A stretch of 64,000 bases of DNA from positions 67,518,001 to 67,582,000 of the forward strand of contig OZ024745.1 in NCBI GenBank assembly GCA_964016885.1, read 5' to 3'. The first letter of the stretch is position 1. Every line of letters begins with the position of its first letter. Source of the DNA: Eledone cirrhosa. Taxonomy: Eukaryota. Under the pieces are notes generated by a model. The model ran no database searches. It saw nothing but the letters and a program-made list of their open reading frames with translations, and was not told the origin of the DNA. The position numbers and the translations under genes were made by a program. Shown here in pieces: positions 55,401 to 64,000 of this stretch.

Positions 55401-58073
55401 GAGCAATTAAAATCCTCAAGATATGGGCTACTGCATCGACCAAATTCCAATGATATTTTCAACTTCCGTGGCTCTGATTTACTCTAAAATGAAAGAATAT
55501 ATCAATAATAATTAGTTAACGTGGTAATTTTCAGAATGTTAATACATTTTCTGCATTATATATAATTTATTGACGTATCACATAAAATAAATTGACCTAA
55601 TAATATCCAATTAAATTGGATATCCAAAGTTAAGGTGATTTATGTTTAGACAGCTTACTATTTAAAATCAATTCTTTTAATCTATTAATTTTTGTCTTCG
55701 GTTTTTAATTCATCCAAGATTGTCTTCCTTGTGTATTAGATATCGGTTGAATCGACTGACAAGATCCCAGATCTCATTTGCTTACCAAGTTGGGTAGAAC
55801 TCATCAAATCAGACCAAGAAAATGTTTCCATTGGTCTTTCTATTGCTGATACTATCTACCAGCTGCAACTTCTGGCAGAAAGAGGATGTGAAATAAGTTG
55901 CTTAAGAACATAATGCATCGATTGGTCCAGGAATCAAACACACAACCTCACGATTGTGAATCCAATTCTCTAACCATTAAGCCATGTATTAAAAAAACGT
56001 TTGAGATTCTTGAAGCTTTTCGTGTGCAATGTCTTTGTCATATTTTGGGGACAAAATATTATTTTACTATATATATATATAAAACTGAGGATGTCTGTCT
56101 GTGTGTGTGTGAGTTTGAATCCTTAAAACTAGGGAAGCACCCAACCGACTGTTTTCAAACTTTACATATGTAATACTTATGTTTCAGGGAGTGTTCTGAG
56201 CAAAGAAAGATTCAAATTTTCAATGCCCTAGGGACCGCATTAGGCGATTTAGCGATCTCTCTCTATAATTCTTAGTTTCTCTTTTTAGATAGATACATAC
56301 ATATAACGTCGCGCCCTTATCATATCTGTCTGTATGTCTGGCTGTCTGCTGCATCCAGTTATTTTGCCACCCTTGCTCAAGACAAATCTCACACTCATTC
56401 CCCAAACTTCTTCCTCATGTTTTAAGCCACACTGTTGCTTACTTACGTACCACCAGACCTTTACTTCTTTGCCAGCCGTGGTTGTGGCAATACTAAGCTT
56501 AGCTAAGGCGGTTATATATTTCACAATACCTTATCCCGTGCAACGCCTGGTACCACTGCTAGTATCAGATAAGTTAAAGGATGATTTGAAGGAGAACTAA
56601 CAGATGTTGTTTGTTTTTGTGTTGTTTTTTTTTGTATAGAAAAAGGAGACAAATTCAAAGATTGTGTCTTCAGTGACACAACAATACTTAATAAGAATAC
56701 CAATAATGGTTTCTTTAATTATAATTATTAAAGGTGGATATCTTTCATTTTGTAAGTATATCTGTATGTCAAACCCATTGCAGCATTTGTTAATCTTAAT
56801 ATATAAAAGTGTGTGTATGTATGTATGCATACATACACGAATGCATATATGTATGTATATCCCAAGTTGTAAAACAGTTTTGCACTTACATAGCTGAAAT
56901 TTTGCATGGGACTACATATTTTCAAGAAAAAAAATTTTTTTTTAATATTGTAAGAGTAAAATTTTATTTTAAGCTCTTCATATGTTTGTTTGTTTTTATT
57001 TTTTATTGTTGTTGTTTTTGTACATTTTGTACAAGGCTCAACTTGGACTGTCTGAATTGATTGCATGCAACGATTCTGAAATTAACATTCTGAAACCAAA
57101 AAACGATTATCAGCATCTTTTTAAAGTGATTTATCCAAATTATAATGAATTCATGTGATTGTATCTTTTTAGTTTTCAATAAACCAAGTAAGTCTGGGTA
57201 CTGCTGTTAGTATTTACATAAAAAAATGCAAATAAATGAAAGCTTTAATTGGGATATCATGCAAGCGTCAAACAATTATTTTTTCATTGCGTCATAGAAA
57301 AAAAAAAGGATGATAATGGTGATGATTTATGACCGTAATAATGATGCATAGATAAAAAAATATTTTTAATAATATTTTGTTCATAATAAATAATATTATA
57401 TTATAAAGGTATTGCTGCTTTTATATCTAAAAAAAAATTGTAATTCTTCTCCGATGTCACCCTATTTCTAATGATTTTCAATTAAATTTGAAAGAAATCG
57501 AGAATTTGGTAATGTTGTCAAGCTAGTACCTGCAACATTATTTAAAAACGGTTCTCACATAAAATTTTTATAGAAGATTTTAAAATAAATATTCTAAAAC
57601 AGTTTTGGCATCATAGAACGAAGGGTGGTTTCAAGTAGTTTATCATCAAAAGGGTTGAAGATACATTTTTTGTTTTCAATGGAAAACGAAATACTTTAAT
57701 GGGAAAATAATAGCGCGCATAAATTTTAGTATATTCCAATTGAAGTTTCAAATGTTTTACTATAGCATGTAGAGATAGAATGTTTCTGAAAATGATACGA
57801 ATTTGCAGCGTTAATAAGCAGTGTAATCTATCGGTAATTCAAATTATTAAATGCATTGGATAAGTTTTATCAAACTAAAAAGAAATCATTAGATGAATGA
57901 TGGTGAATGTAGAAAAAATAGTCATCCTTACTTGCACTAGTGTGTATCGACATGAAACTGGTTCAATTGTATAGTCCAAATTATCGAAAGTCTTTATGCT
58001 ATTTCGACCAAGTACAGTACATGTTCCAGGACATTCTTGCTCTTCACAGATCCATTTACCAGATTGACAAACA
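1..58073 (-). CDS. Giant secreted VWD-C8-TIL (mucin/SCO-spondin/hemolectin-like) glycoprotein with tandem PTS + discoidin-like modules; 49 exons, partial at both ends
   Basis: 49 exons with canonical AG/GT ends and compatible phases giving one continuous frame (~9,675 nt). Motifs GLCGNFD (x2), [24 protein letters not shown] cysteine spacing and LDL-A DGxxDCxxGDDE. Confidence 0.9.
2389..4845 (-). CDS. Module 10 (B): exons 4669-4845, 2722-2966, 2389-2617
   Basis: Exons of 177, 245 and 229 nt; phases 1-1, 1-0, 0-1. Confidence 0.85.
3726..4500. mobile_element. SINE-like fragments with (GAT)n tails inside the long array intron; repeated in every unit (about +5777 each)
   Basis: catcatcattttacgtccg...acagctggatgcccttcctaacaccaacc also occurs at 61826-62025 and inverted at 4250-4495 and 31400-31717. 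Confidence 0.7.
5764..7219 (-). CDS. Module 9 (A): exons 7067-7219, 6094-6338, 5764-5989
   Basis: Exons of 153, 245 and 226 nt; phases 1-1, 1-0, 0-1. Confidence 0.85.
8166..10622 (-). CDS. Module 8 (B): exons 10446-10622, 8499-8743, 8166-8394
   Basis: Copy of the B module; last exon carries the A-type ATEF tract. Confidence 0.85.
11541..12996 (-). CDS. Module 7 (A): exons 12844-12996, 11871-12115, 11541-11766
   Basis: Copy of the A module. Confidence 0.85.
13943..16399 (-). CDS. Module 6 (B): exons 16223-16399, 14276-14520, 13943-14171
   Basis: Copy of the B module. Confidence 0.85.
17318..18737 (-). CDS. Module 5 (A): exons 18585-18737, 17648-17892, 17318-17543
   Basis: Copy of the A module; 36-bp intronic deletion near 18540. 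Confidence 0.85.
19684..22140 (-). CDS. Module 4 (B): exons 21964-22140, 20017-20261, 19684-19912
   Basis: Copy of the B module. Confidence 0.85.
23059..24514 (-). CDS. Module 3 (A): exons 24362-24514, 23389-23633, 23059-23284
   Basis: Copy of the A module; splice sites intact. Confidence 0.85.
25462..27899 (-). CDS. Module 2 (B): exons 27723-27899, 25795-26039, 25462-25690
   Basis: PTS exon plus two domain exons; frame and splice sites intact. Confidence 0.85.
28807..29384 (-). CDS. Module 1 (divergent A-type) discoidin-like domain; exons 29140-29384 and 28807-29035
   Basis: MCENIDGMDDENAISDSSIT...KVK|PLIEETRY...SVKICVKPT; canonical splice sites; 104-nt intron. Confidence 0.85.
29904..29999 (-). 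CDS. Exon: first PTS linker, paralogous to the array linker exons
   Basis: SASMSTLIPTKISTTVPPSVSTSFSSMSTTP; tag/gtaagt; 96 nt, phase 1-1. Confidence 0.85.
30138..30495 (+). mobile_element. Degenerate 3' end of an RTE-clade LINE
   Basis: Translates ...RPMRWYSHVE...GSRGPG*PKRTWMEDV...DRNTWSKMV (RTE C-terminal RWYGHV / GRPKKTW pattern), then gatgatgatg tail. Confidence 0.75.
31400..31717 (+). mobile_element. SINE-like element with (GAT)n tail
   Basis: ggttggtgttaggaagggcatccaactgtagaaa...catgcaagcgtggaacacggacgttaaacg(atg)n; same family as 61826-62025. Confidence 0.7.
32095..32199 (-). CDS. Exon: Ser/Thr-rich linker (alternative in-frame donor would end it at 32131)
   Basis: STSVMYTTYISATESTIIKSTTGEKTLSTLVIFP; tag/gtaagt; symmetrical phase 1. 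Confidence 0.7.
32993..33185 (-). mobile_element. Fold-back Penelope-like pLTR fragment between (TA)n tracts, with the 3' half of a hammerhead
   Basis: Inverted repeat 33071-33124 / 33131-33185; GAAA-CGGCT-loop-AGCCG-TC at 33143-33165. Confidence 0.6.
34360..34505 (-). CDS. Exon: end of E + LDL receptor class A repeat
   Basis: TCQAGTMTCITCKCDMDQYQCQDGECINKTKVCDGIYDCNLGDDEAGC; tag/gtgagt; 146 nt. Confidence 0.93.
35540..35810 (-). mobile_element. Degenerate CR1/L2/Jockey-type LINE C-terminal fragment
   Basis: Minus strand reads ...SQSFVSRTSALWNSLHLPVFPKEMNLQQFKLNIS, the WNxLP...FK terminal motif. Confidence 0.6.
35944..36040 (-). CDS. Exon: end of TIL and E
   Basis: DKCIPKTECPCLDEDNIYPSGTFIVKNNCKN; cag/gtaagt; 97 nt. 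Confidence 0.9.
37697..37843 (-). CDS. Exon: TIL
   Basis: VMCTGGRVYKACGPANPQTC...CTEGCYCPEGQVED; cag/gtaagc; 147 nt. Confidence 0.92.
38673..38782 (-). CDS. Exon: C8 C-terminal half
   Basis: [36 protein letters not shown]; tag/gtatgt; 110 nt. Confidence 0.93.
38840..39024 (-). mobile_element. tRNA-derived SINE, full length, 20-bp TSD
   Basis: Minus strand starts ggcggtggattggcagt (A box), gagttcaaat (B box); ttgatattaaaatatataat at 38820-38839 and 39025-39044. Confidence 0.85.
39205..39428 (+). mobile_element. tRNA-derived SINE of a related family
   Basis: ggacggtggatttgcagtatcagtagag...gagttcaaatccc...gcctttcaccct...ggccttgtgcctatagtagaa. Confidence 0.8.
40166..40305 (-). CDS. Exon: C8 N-terminal half
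   Basis: FNSIRKQWAMESCGTIKKGPLFASC...FYDDCLFDAC; tag/gtaagc; 140 nt. Confidence 0.9.
40515..40735. mobile_element. piggyBac-type MITE
   Basis: TTAA|ccctttagcattt ... aaatgctaatggg|TTAA: terminal inverted repeats and TTAA TSD. Confidence 0.75.
41222..41430 (-). CDS. Exon: VWD C-terminal part
   Basis: TRVYVHLTDKWMGKVQGLCGNFDQD...FAHSWRVFDCP...HPCV; tag/gtaagc; 209 nt. Confidence 0.93.
42653..42994 (-). CDS. Exon: VWD (D3-like) with GDPH
   Basis: [28 protein letters not shown]...NVKCGFPAITCTK...VQWDQG; tag/gtaatg; 342 nt. Confidence 0.93.
43986..44038 (-). CDS. Small exon: end of E'
   Basis: QCLNAIWVDIRVRNNCP; cag/gtaaga; 53 nt, phase 2 to 1, bridges both neighbours in frame. Confidence 0.8.
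44470..44780 (+). mobile_element. CRE-clade non-LTR relic (restriction-like endonuclease region)
   Basis: CDTF...PGTAARNAE / KYQGL..FLFAPVAVKTSGV...PRE...QQVSLAIVHRNAFSVL matches the CRE C-terminal pattern; frameshifted. Confidence 0.7.
45318..45440 (-). mobile_element. 5'-truncated SINE with 16-bp TSD
   Basis: Same family as 38840; ttatagattaaataat at 45302-45317 and 45441-45456. Confidence 0.82.
45539..45630 (-). CDS. Exon: end of TIL' and E'
   Basis: GTCIEKQACPCPYGETWMMPQSTLKIGCKE; tag/gtgagt; 92 nt; not in ORF track. Confidence 0.88.
45924..46113 (-). mobile_element. tRNA-derived SINE, full length
   Basis: Near-identical to 38840-39024. Confidence 0.85.
46140..48340 (+). mobile_element. 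R4/Dong-like non-LTR relic (46140-46466 and 48227-48340), split by a younger LINE
   Basis: W..KSDLEIETEAIIFTAQEEALRTN...CRLCG|EKAETINHIISECKILAQKGY forms a CCHC knuckle across the insertion; starts right after (TAA)n. Confidence 0.75.
46467..48214 (-). mobile_element. 5'-truncated, 5'-inverted non-LTR retrotransposon (Vingi/Ingi-like RT), pseudogenised
   Basis: ORF 46490-47632: GLPQGSLLAP, YADD, YLGV, WGA, CPCG..QTIAHILCGC, no RNase H; (ATG)n tail; TSD AGGCTGTGTGGT at 46455-46466 and 48215-48226; upstream RT part on + at 47808-48214. Confidence 0.92.
48623..48818 (-). CDS. Exon: end of E + TIL' (D')
   Basis: ICTRGKWICQ...CPKNQIWSMNATGCQETC...EGCRCEKDLVLSPN; cag/gtaaga; 196 nt. Confidence 0.9.
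49547..49647 (-). mobile_element. 5'-truncated SINE with 15-bp TSD, followed by an older diverged copy (49663-49870)
   Basis: ttctctataatattg at 49532-49546 and 49648-49662; body matches the 38840 family. Confidence 0.8.
50690..50871 (-). mobile_element. tRNA-derived SINE
   Basis: Same family as 38840 and 45924. Confidence 0.8.
51432..51684 (-). CDS. Exon: TIL + E
   Basis: LECPVGSGQIYTECGSLCETTC...CVFGCRCPDG...CVKIEYCTC; cag/gtaagt; 253 nt. Confidence 0.92.
51770..51880 (-). mobile_element. Short CRE-like relic
   Basis: TGGVGLLTVKFLSSLAAHLTEVSGDTHENAWLFQH resembles the CRE 'ETxGxxG...L...TGDxRE..WLxQR' motif. Confidence 0.5.
52855..53092 (-). CDS. Exon: C8 domain
   Basis: NEDEAKEYC...YYDQCMRDMC...CVALQAYAKACADNGAVINWR; cag/gtgagt; 238 nt. 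Confidence 0.9.
54436..54603 (-). CDS. Exon: VWD C-terminal part
   Basis: VEGLCGNFDSNINNE...PCDVNIN; cag/gtaagt; 168 nt. Confidence 0.9.
55178..55483 (-). CDS. Exon: VWD core
   Basis: SKSEPRKLKISLEFGRC...YITLSPNYRTS; tag/gtaaga; 306 nt, phase 0 to 0. Confidence 0.85.
56066..56562 (+). mobile_element. Non-autonomous Helitron-like element
   Basis: 5' ctatatatataaaa followed by a microsatellite; 3' cccgtgcaacgcctgg hairpin then CTAG|T. Confidence 0.7.
56794..57210 (+). mobile_element. Second, more decayed Helitron-like element
   Basis: A|TCttaatatataaaa plus (gtat)n start; end ccaagtaagtctgggtactgctgTTAG|T resembles the 56562 terminus. Confidence 0.5.
57932..58073 (-). CDS. Exon: end of E/VWC-like module and start of VWD (D2-like)
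   Basis: VCQSGKWICEEQECPGTCTVLGRNSIKTFDN...; tag/gtaagg; 142 nt, phase 2 to 0. Confidence 0.88.
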
Positions 58074-58212
58074 CTACAGAGATTAAAGGGGTAAATATGA
58101 ATCCAGTTCAATTTTTATCATTAAAACTATAGAAACCATGAAATACATAACTGTGTAAATAAATGAATGTAGATTATATATATACTCAAGTACTATACTA
58201 CATTTGTATTAG

Positions 58213-58260
<48 letters not shown>

Positions 58261-58263
<3 letters not shown>

Positions 58264-58663
58264 CTTACGGTAAATATTGATGCAATTCAATTCAAGCACT
58301 CAACGTACTTTTTCCATATAGGAATGACGGAGTATATTTAGAATAAGAAAATGCAAAGTGGTTTCAGATGTTAAAGTCCTTTATTGATAAGGCTGTGATA
58401 CGTATTTCAATGACGACAGTGGCCACGGGATTCCAGGTTCCCAGTGCCATGATCTCATCAGACAGCTTCTTACTTTGACCTTTCCTTTGTCATTTCAATT
58501 TGGATTGCCTCAGGAACGTAACCTTATTATGTAAGAAGCTGCCTGTTGAGATCATGGCACTGGGTACCTGGAATCCCGTGGCCACTGTCGTCATTGAAAT
58601 ATGCATCACAGCCTTATCAATAAAGGACTTTAACATCTGAAACTACTTCACATTTTCTTATTC

Positions 58664-58665
<2 letters not shown>
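58261..58665. mobile_element. Fold-back Penelope-like pLTR element between microsatellites
   Basis: ~135-bp inverted arms 58339-58473 / 58531-58665 with a 57-bp spacer; contains a hammerhead and AATAAA. Confidence 0.75.
58391..58467 (-). ncRNA. Type I hammerhead ribozyme
   Basis: GCUGU-CUGAUGA-[imperfect stem II]-GAAA-UACGUA-UC/ACAGC: full core, stem I pairs, palindromic stem III. Confidence 0.75.
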
Positions 58666-59200
<535 letters not shown>

Positions 59201-59251
59201 ATGTTTATGTATTCTGCAAGATTCTTGATGTAAAGTCGTATGTTGAAACTG

Positions 59252-60246
59252 ATATATTTGGAGATGGATGGTCATGTGGCCAATACAGCCATATCATTTT
59301 CACTTTATCTTTACTGCTCGTTATTCATTCGTTTGACAAAGTTCTTTCGTCACACATTCTGTGATCTTCTCAATGATTACATGTTCTCTCTTGTGTCTCC
59401 TCTTTTTTCTAGTCTTAAACTTCTACTTCATCTTATTTTTGTTTTGTGGTGTGTTGTTCGTGTCTACGTATGTCAAGTCTATATGTATGTGTGGGTTTGT
59501 ATATTTTGCTGTTTGTGTCTTTTATTTTCTATTTTGTTTTCGGTCGTGGACTGTTACTATTCCACTCGTCTTTTTGTTGTTGTTTTTTTTCGTTTCAGGC
59601 TGCCTCTCCTATGCATGACGTTGTCCTGTTTCTGAATCATCCCTCTGTACATCAACTACCAAACTAGAAATGTAGTCTATAGGATAAGATGTACAGAGGG
59701 ACGATTCAGAAACAAGACAACGGCATACATAGGATAGACAGTAGTATAGGAGAGAGATTAAAGGAACACTGGTGAGAACTTAAGGAGGAGAAAAGCTACT
59801 CGGCGCTATGCCAAGATGCCAAACTGGAACATAGAGGCACAATAGATAACATTGAAATAAAGACCCTAACCACACATAGAACTGACACAGCACTCAGACA
59901 AATTACAGAAGCCACACATATAATAGAAGATAAACCTAGCCTGAACAGAAAACACGAATGGAATAGTAACAGACCGCAACTTTACGACAAAAAATGAAAA
60001 AAGACACAAATGGCAAAAGATACAAACCCACATAGACATGACAAACACATACACACACATGAAGACGTTTCACGAAAAACGCCCCACAAAAAAAAGACAA
60101 GATGATGAGGCACAAAAAAGAACAGGTAGTCATTTAAGGAGATAACAGAATGTGTGACAAATGAATAACAAGCAATAAAGATAAAGTGAAAATTATATTG
60201 TGTGTATATTGTTTTTTTATTGGCAACATGACCATTCCCAAATATA
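59252..60246 (+). mobile_element. Penelope-like element relic with GIY-YIG endonuclease pseudogene (59654-59961) and an inverted partial copy
   Basis: NVVYRIRC...AYIG*T..IGERLKEH...SAL...EH...LRQITEATHIIEDKPSLNRKHEW; 59252-59653 is an inverted, internally deleted copy of 59688-60246. Confidence 0.85.
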
Positions 60247-61111
60247 ACAATATGTTTGGTAATTTAAGGGAGATCTCTGCTGCTGATATTTTGGCTGATC
60301 TGACCTCCTTAGGGGAAATTTAGCCTTTGTTTAGAGGTAATAAATTTAAAGGATTTCTTCGTATACTAATTTCACTGATACAAGATCGAAATGCCATGTT
60401 CTTTCTGGTTTCTGTCTTTATTTCCTTTCTCCACGTTAGCCACTGGGATAGACGCATTAAGGGACGGACACTAATCTGATAGGTCTTGATTTTGTTAAAT
60501 AACTTTCCAAATCTCTGCTTGCGTGGTTGATCTTATTTGTACATGAAGGTTTGTGTATATAATTTAATCTTAATTGTGTTTTGCATTCGTGTGCGTATAT
60601 CATACTTATTTGTATGTAAATAATAACATTGAGGTTTATACCTTTTACGTCGCCTTTTGATATCGTATTTTGATCTTGGGTTTATGTTGCTTATTTCTTT
60701 AATGGATTGGGTATTTTGTTATTCTTTTTTTAGTGGGGAGGTTATGTTGTGTTATACAAACTAGACATCGTGTTACGTGGCATCACGTCATCTAGGTGGA
60801 TAGTTTGAAAGTTTAAAGGCGAGACAACAGGAGAAGGTGGAGCATGACCTATTAAGTAAAGGGGTCGTAGTCGCTGCATATAACAATAGCTTTTGGGGAT
60901 TTATTATATAGAAACTACGTAATATGACAGCTTCAGTTTAATAACGTCTTTCTTTCCCATTTGGTGATTATTGCGGTCCAGTTGCGCAAGCCGAGTTTGG
61001 GATTAACGTTTCACATCTATTTTCCATGCTTATATGAGTTAGAGGGTTTTCACATTTGGGGATAAGACTGTGTCTTATACATTCCATTATGGCTGGATGT
61101 CCTGACTAATG

Positions 61112-61195
<84 letters not shown>

Positions 61196-61788
61196 GGTAG
61201 TTAATACGTTGTACACAAACGAGCAGAAATATATAAGTTATATCTGTGTATATATATATATATATATATATACAACTTGATATATATCCTAATTATCTAC
61301 CAACATGAGCACTAATAATATACAAATTAGTACGTTCATTTCAGAACACCACTATAAGTGATGGGCATATAAATATCAGTTACATATTTCCTTGTAGTTC
61401 GTTGGATTATACATACACCTGTTGATGATAGACCCCAATTAAGTCAAAAATTGATTAAAGGGTTGGATGGTTCATCAGAGACGAAGTCAGTACTTAAAGC
61501 TTGTGACCTCTTAGATGGGATATTGAGTTTATTTTTACATGCTAGTCATACGTATGACAACCTCTCCTGAACACTTGGTGGAATGTGGGACCATATATAA
61601 GCAAGACACAGATCCTTGGCCTGCCTAGGAAATCCGGGGCTCAGCTTCAGTACTGACTTGGTCTATAAGGACCCATTCAACCCTTGTTAGCAGGGAAAGC
61701 AGATGTTAAAACGATGATGATAATATATAGAGAGATTCTGGAACTAGCTGTTGAAACAGCAGGAGCTCAGCAGTTGGGTCCCAACTCT

Positions 61789-61825
<37 letters not shown>

Positions 61826-61829
<4 letters not shown>

Positions 61830-62025
61830 TCACCGTTTTACGTCCGTTCTTCCATGCTAGCATGGGTTAGACGGGTTGTCCTGTTGTGGGCAGTGTCCGG
61901 TCGGCTGACCTTGTCTTGCTCATACGGGAACTGATTCAGGCTTGATTTCTACAGCTGGATGCCCTTCCTAACACCAACCTCATTTACAGTGACTGCTGGG
62001 TGCTTTTTTGCCGTGGCACCTCCAC
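61826..62025 (-). mobile_element. SINE-like element, (GAT)n-tail family
   Basis: Homologous to 3726-3870 and 4250-4495. Confidence 0.7.
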
Positions 62026-62241
62026 TGTTGGTCAATCGATGATAAACATTGATTGCCAGATAAATTAACTGTGGATATATAAAAGACACAGAGGTGAAAA
62101 CCAATCCAAACCAAACAGTGAGTGTGTTTTATTATTATTTCTGGCAATATCATAACAATATGACCCTCCCCAAATATAACAACATTATATCATAATCATC
62201 ATAATATATAGTTAGAATTTTATTTGTTAACAATAATACTC

Positions 62242-62314
62242 TATACTTAAAGAAAAGTAGAGTATAAATATCATGGTTTTCTGCCCTATAGTTAAGTAGT
62301 TAAGCATTTACTGT

Positions 62315-62394
<80 letters not shown>

Positions 62395-62460
62395 ACAGTA
62401 AATGCTTAACTACAGGGCAGAAAACCATGATATTTATACTCTACTTTTCTTTAAGTATAT
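62242..62460. repeat. Palindrome centred on a (TA)n tract
   Basis: tatacttaaagaaaagtagag...tactgtatcg (TA)n cgatacagta...ctctacttttctttaagtata, with an 8-bp indel between arms. Confidence 0.9.
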
Positions 62461-62520
62461 ATATTATATATATATATATAATATATATATATATATATAA
62501 TATATATATATATAATATAT

Positions 62521-62552
<32 letters not shown>

Positions 62553-62644
62553 ATATATATATATATAATATATATATATATATATAATATATAATATATA
62601 TATAATATATATATATATAATATATATATATATATATAATATAT

Positions 62645-62690
<46 letters not shown>

Positions 62691-62744
62691 TATATATATA
62701 TAATATATATATATATAATATATATATATATATATAATATATAT

Positions 62745-62776
<32 letters not shown>

Positions 62777-62857
62777 ATATATATATATATATAATATATA
62801 TATATAATATATATATATATAATATATATATATATATAATATATATATATATAATAT

Positions 62858-62889
<32 letters not shown>

Positions 62890-62897
62890 ATATATAT

Positions 62898-62976
<79 letters not shown>

Positions 62977-63097
62977 TATATATAATATATATATATATAA
63001 TATATATATATATAATATATATATATATATAATATATATATATATAATATATATATATATATATAATATATATATATAATATATATATATATAATAT
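62456..63097. repeat. Long interrupted (TA)n/(TAA) microsatellite; other (TA)n tracts at about 32950, 33184, 38180, 58216, 61113, 61794, 63555
   Basis: Seen directly. Confidence 0.97.
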
Positions 63098-63139
63098 ACG
63101 ATATTAAATAAATGGAAACTATATTTATAAAACCATATT

Positions 63140-63205
63140 TATTTCATTATATATATTTCAGGGATATCATATTAAAAATATGGTATGCCTTCATCAGACA
63201 AAATA
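63140..63205 (-). ncRNA. Type I hammerhead ribozyme (left arm)
   Basis: Exact reverse complement of 63360-63425. Confidence 0.75.
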
Positions 63206-63359
63206 CAATATAAACAGTCTTATAAATAGATAGATTTGACATACCTTGCAACTTCAACTTCCATTTAAAAAGTTGATTTACTACCAAATCAACTTTTTAA
63301 ATGGAAGTTGAAGTTGTAAGGTATGTCAAATCTATCTATTTATAAGACTGTTTATATTG

Positions 63360-63425
63360 TATTTTGTCTGATGAAGGCATACCATATTTTTAATATGATA
63401 TCCCTGAAATATATATAATGAAATA
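63360..63425 (+). ncRNA. Type I hammerhead ribozyme (right arm)
   Basis: UAUUUUGU-CUGAUGA-AGGcAUAcCAUAUU(uuu)AAUAUGaUAUcCCU-GAAA-UAUAUA-UA/AUGAAAUA; overlaps AATAAA. Confidence 0.75.
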
Positions 63426-63562
63426 AATATGGTTTTATAAATATAGTTTCCATTTATTTAATATCGTAAATATACTCCAAATACTTGTTGAGTGCTTTTA
63501 TATCAGTTATAAATATTTACTCGTTGTAACCCAACAATTTAAATAAAACTTTGCATATATAT

Positions 63563-63595
<33 letters not shown>

Positions 63596-63614
63596 ATATA
63601 TATATATATAATAT

Positions 63615-63696
<82 letters not shown>

Positions 63697-63697
<1 letters not shown>

Positions 63698-64000
63698 TAG
63701 CATTAAAGCCCGGCGTTGCACGGGGTCAGTAAGTTACCAAAGTTAGGTTGCACCACCCATTTTATGGCACCACTTTTTTGTCTGCCAGGCACTGGGTGAA
63801 TGAATTGCAGACCTGGACTGCCGAAGCAGGAGCTGCGCCAGCAGTGACAATTGTAGTTTGGCCTATGGATATTATCTCTGTGCAAAGAAGTGTTGAAATT
63901 TATTGTTTCACAGTACTTGCGCAACACGCGCGTAGACGATTCCAGCCGAACAACAGAGCTGCGATGGAGTTGTTCTGCATGGTTGTCTAATGTGTGTTTT
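63697..64000 (-). mobile_element. Helitron 3' end
   Basis: Minus strand ends cccgtgcaacgccggg (hairpin)-ctttaatg-CTAG|T; same terminus as 56535-56562. Confidence 0.72.

Larger units (their letters stand above)
63097..63554. mobile_element. Near-perfect fold-back Penelope-like pLTR element in (TA)n
   Basis: 183-bp arms 63097-63279 / 63286-63468, 6-nt loop, one mismatch seen; hammerhead in each arm. Confidence 0.8.

Noticed and set aside
1-58073. Assigning a gene symbol (SSPO, MUC2, MUC5AC, Hml)
   Set aside because: Domain order after D3 differs from each; orthology cannot be shown from this window.
60250-61090. Additional Penelope ORF fragment on minus
   Set aside because: Composition is suggestive but I could not recover a recognisable motif.

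Overview
AT-rich eukaryotic DNA, most likely an octopod cephalopod judging by the SINE families and microsatellite load (inference). Nearly the whole window is the interior of one giant minus-strand gene. I traced 49 GT-AG exons by hand with compatible phases, about 3,200 aa, with neither end in the window. It encodes a gel-forming-mucin/SCO-spondin/hemolectin-like protein: VWD-C8-TIL-E, TIL'-E', VWD(GDPH)-C8-TIL-E and one LDL-A. These are followed by at least 11 tandem three-exon modules (Ser/Thr/Pro linker plus a ~155-aa divergent discoidin-like domain). The modules form an alternating A/B higher-order repeat of 5,777 bp (1-29.4 kb) whose introns are as homogenised as its exons. The introns hold SINEs, a Vingi-like LINE with a twin-priming 5' inversion nested in an R4/Dong-like relic, CRE/RTE/CR1 fragments, Helitron ends and a piggyBac-type MITE. 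Several (TA)n tracts are flanked by fold-back Penelope-derived elements carrying type I hammerhead ribozymes and a shared, unexplained 3' stem motif.
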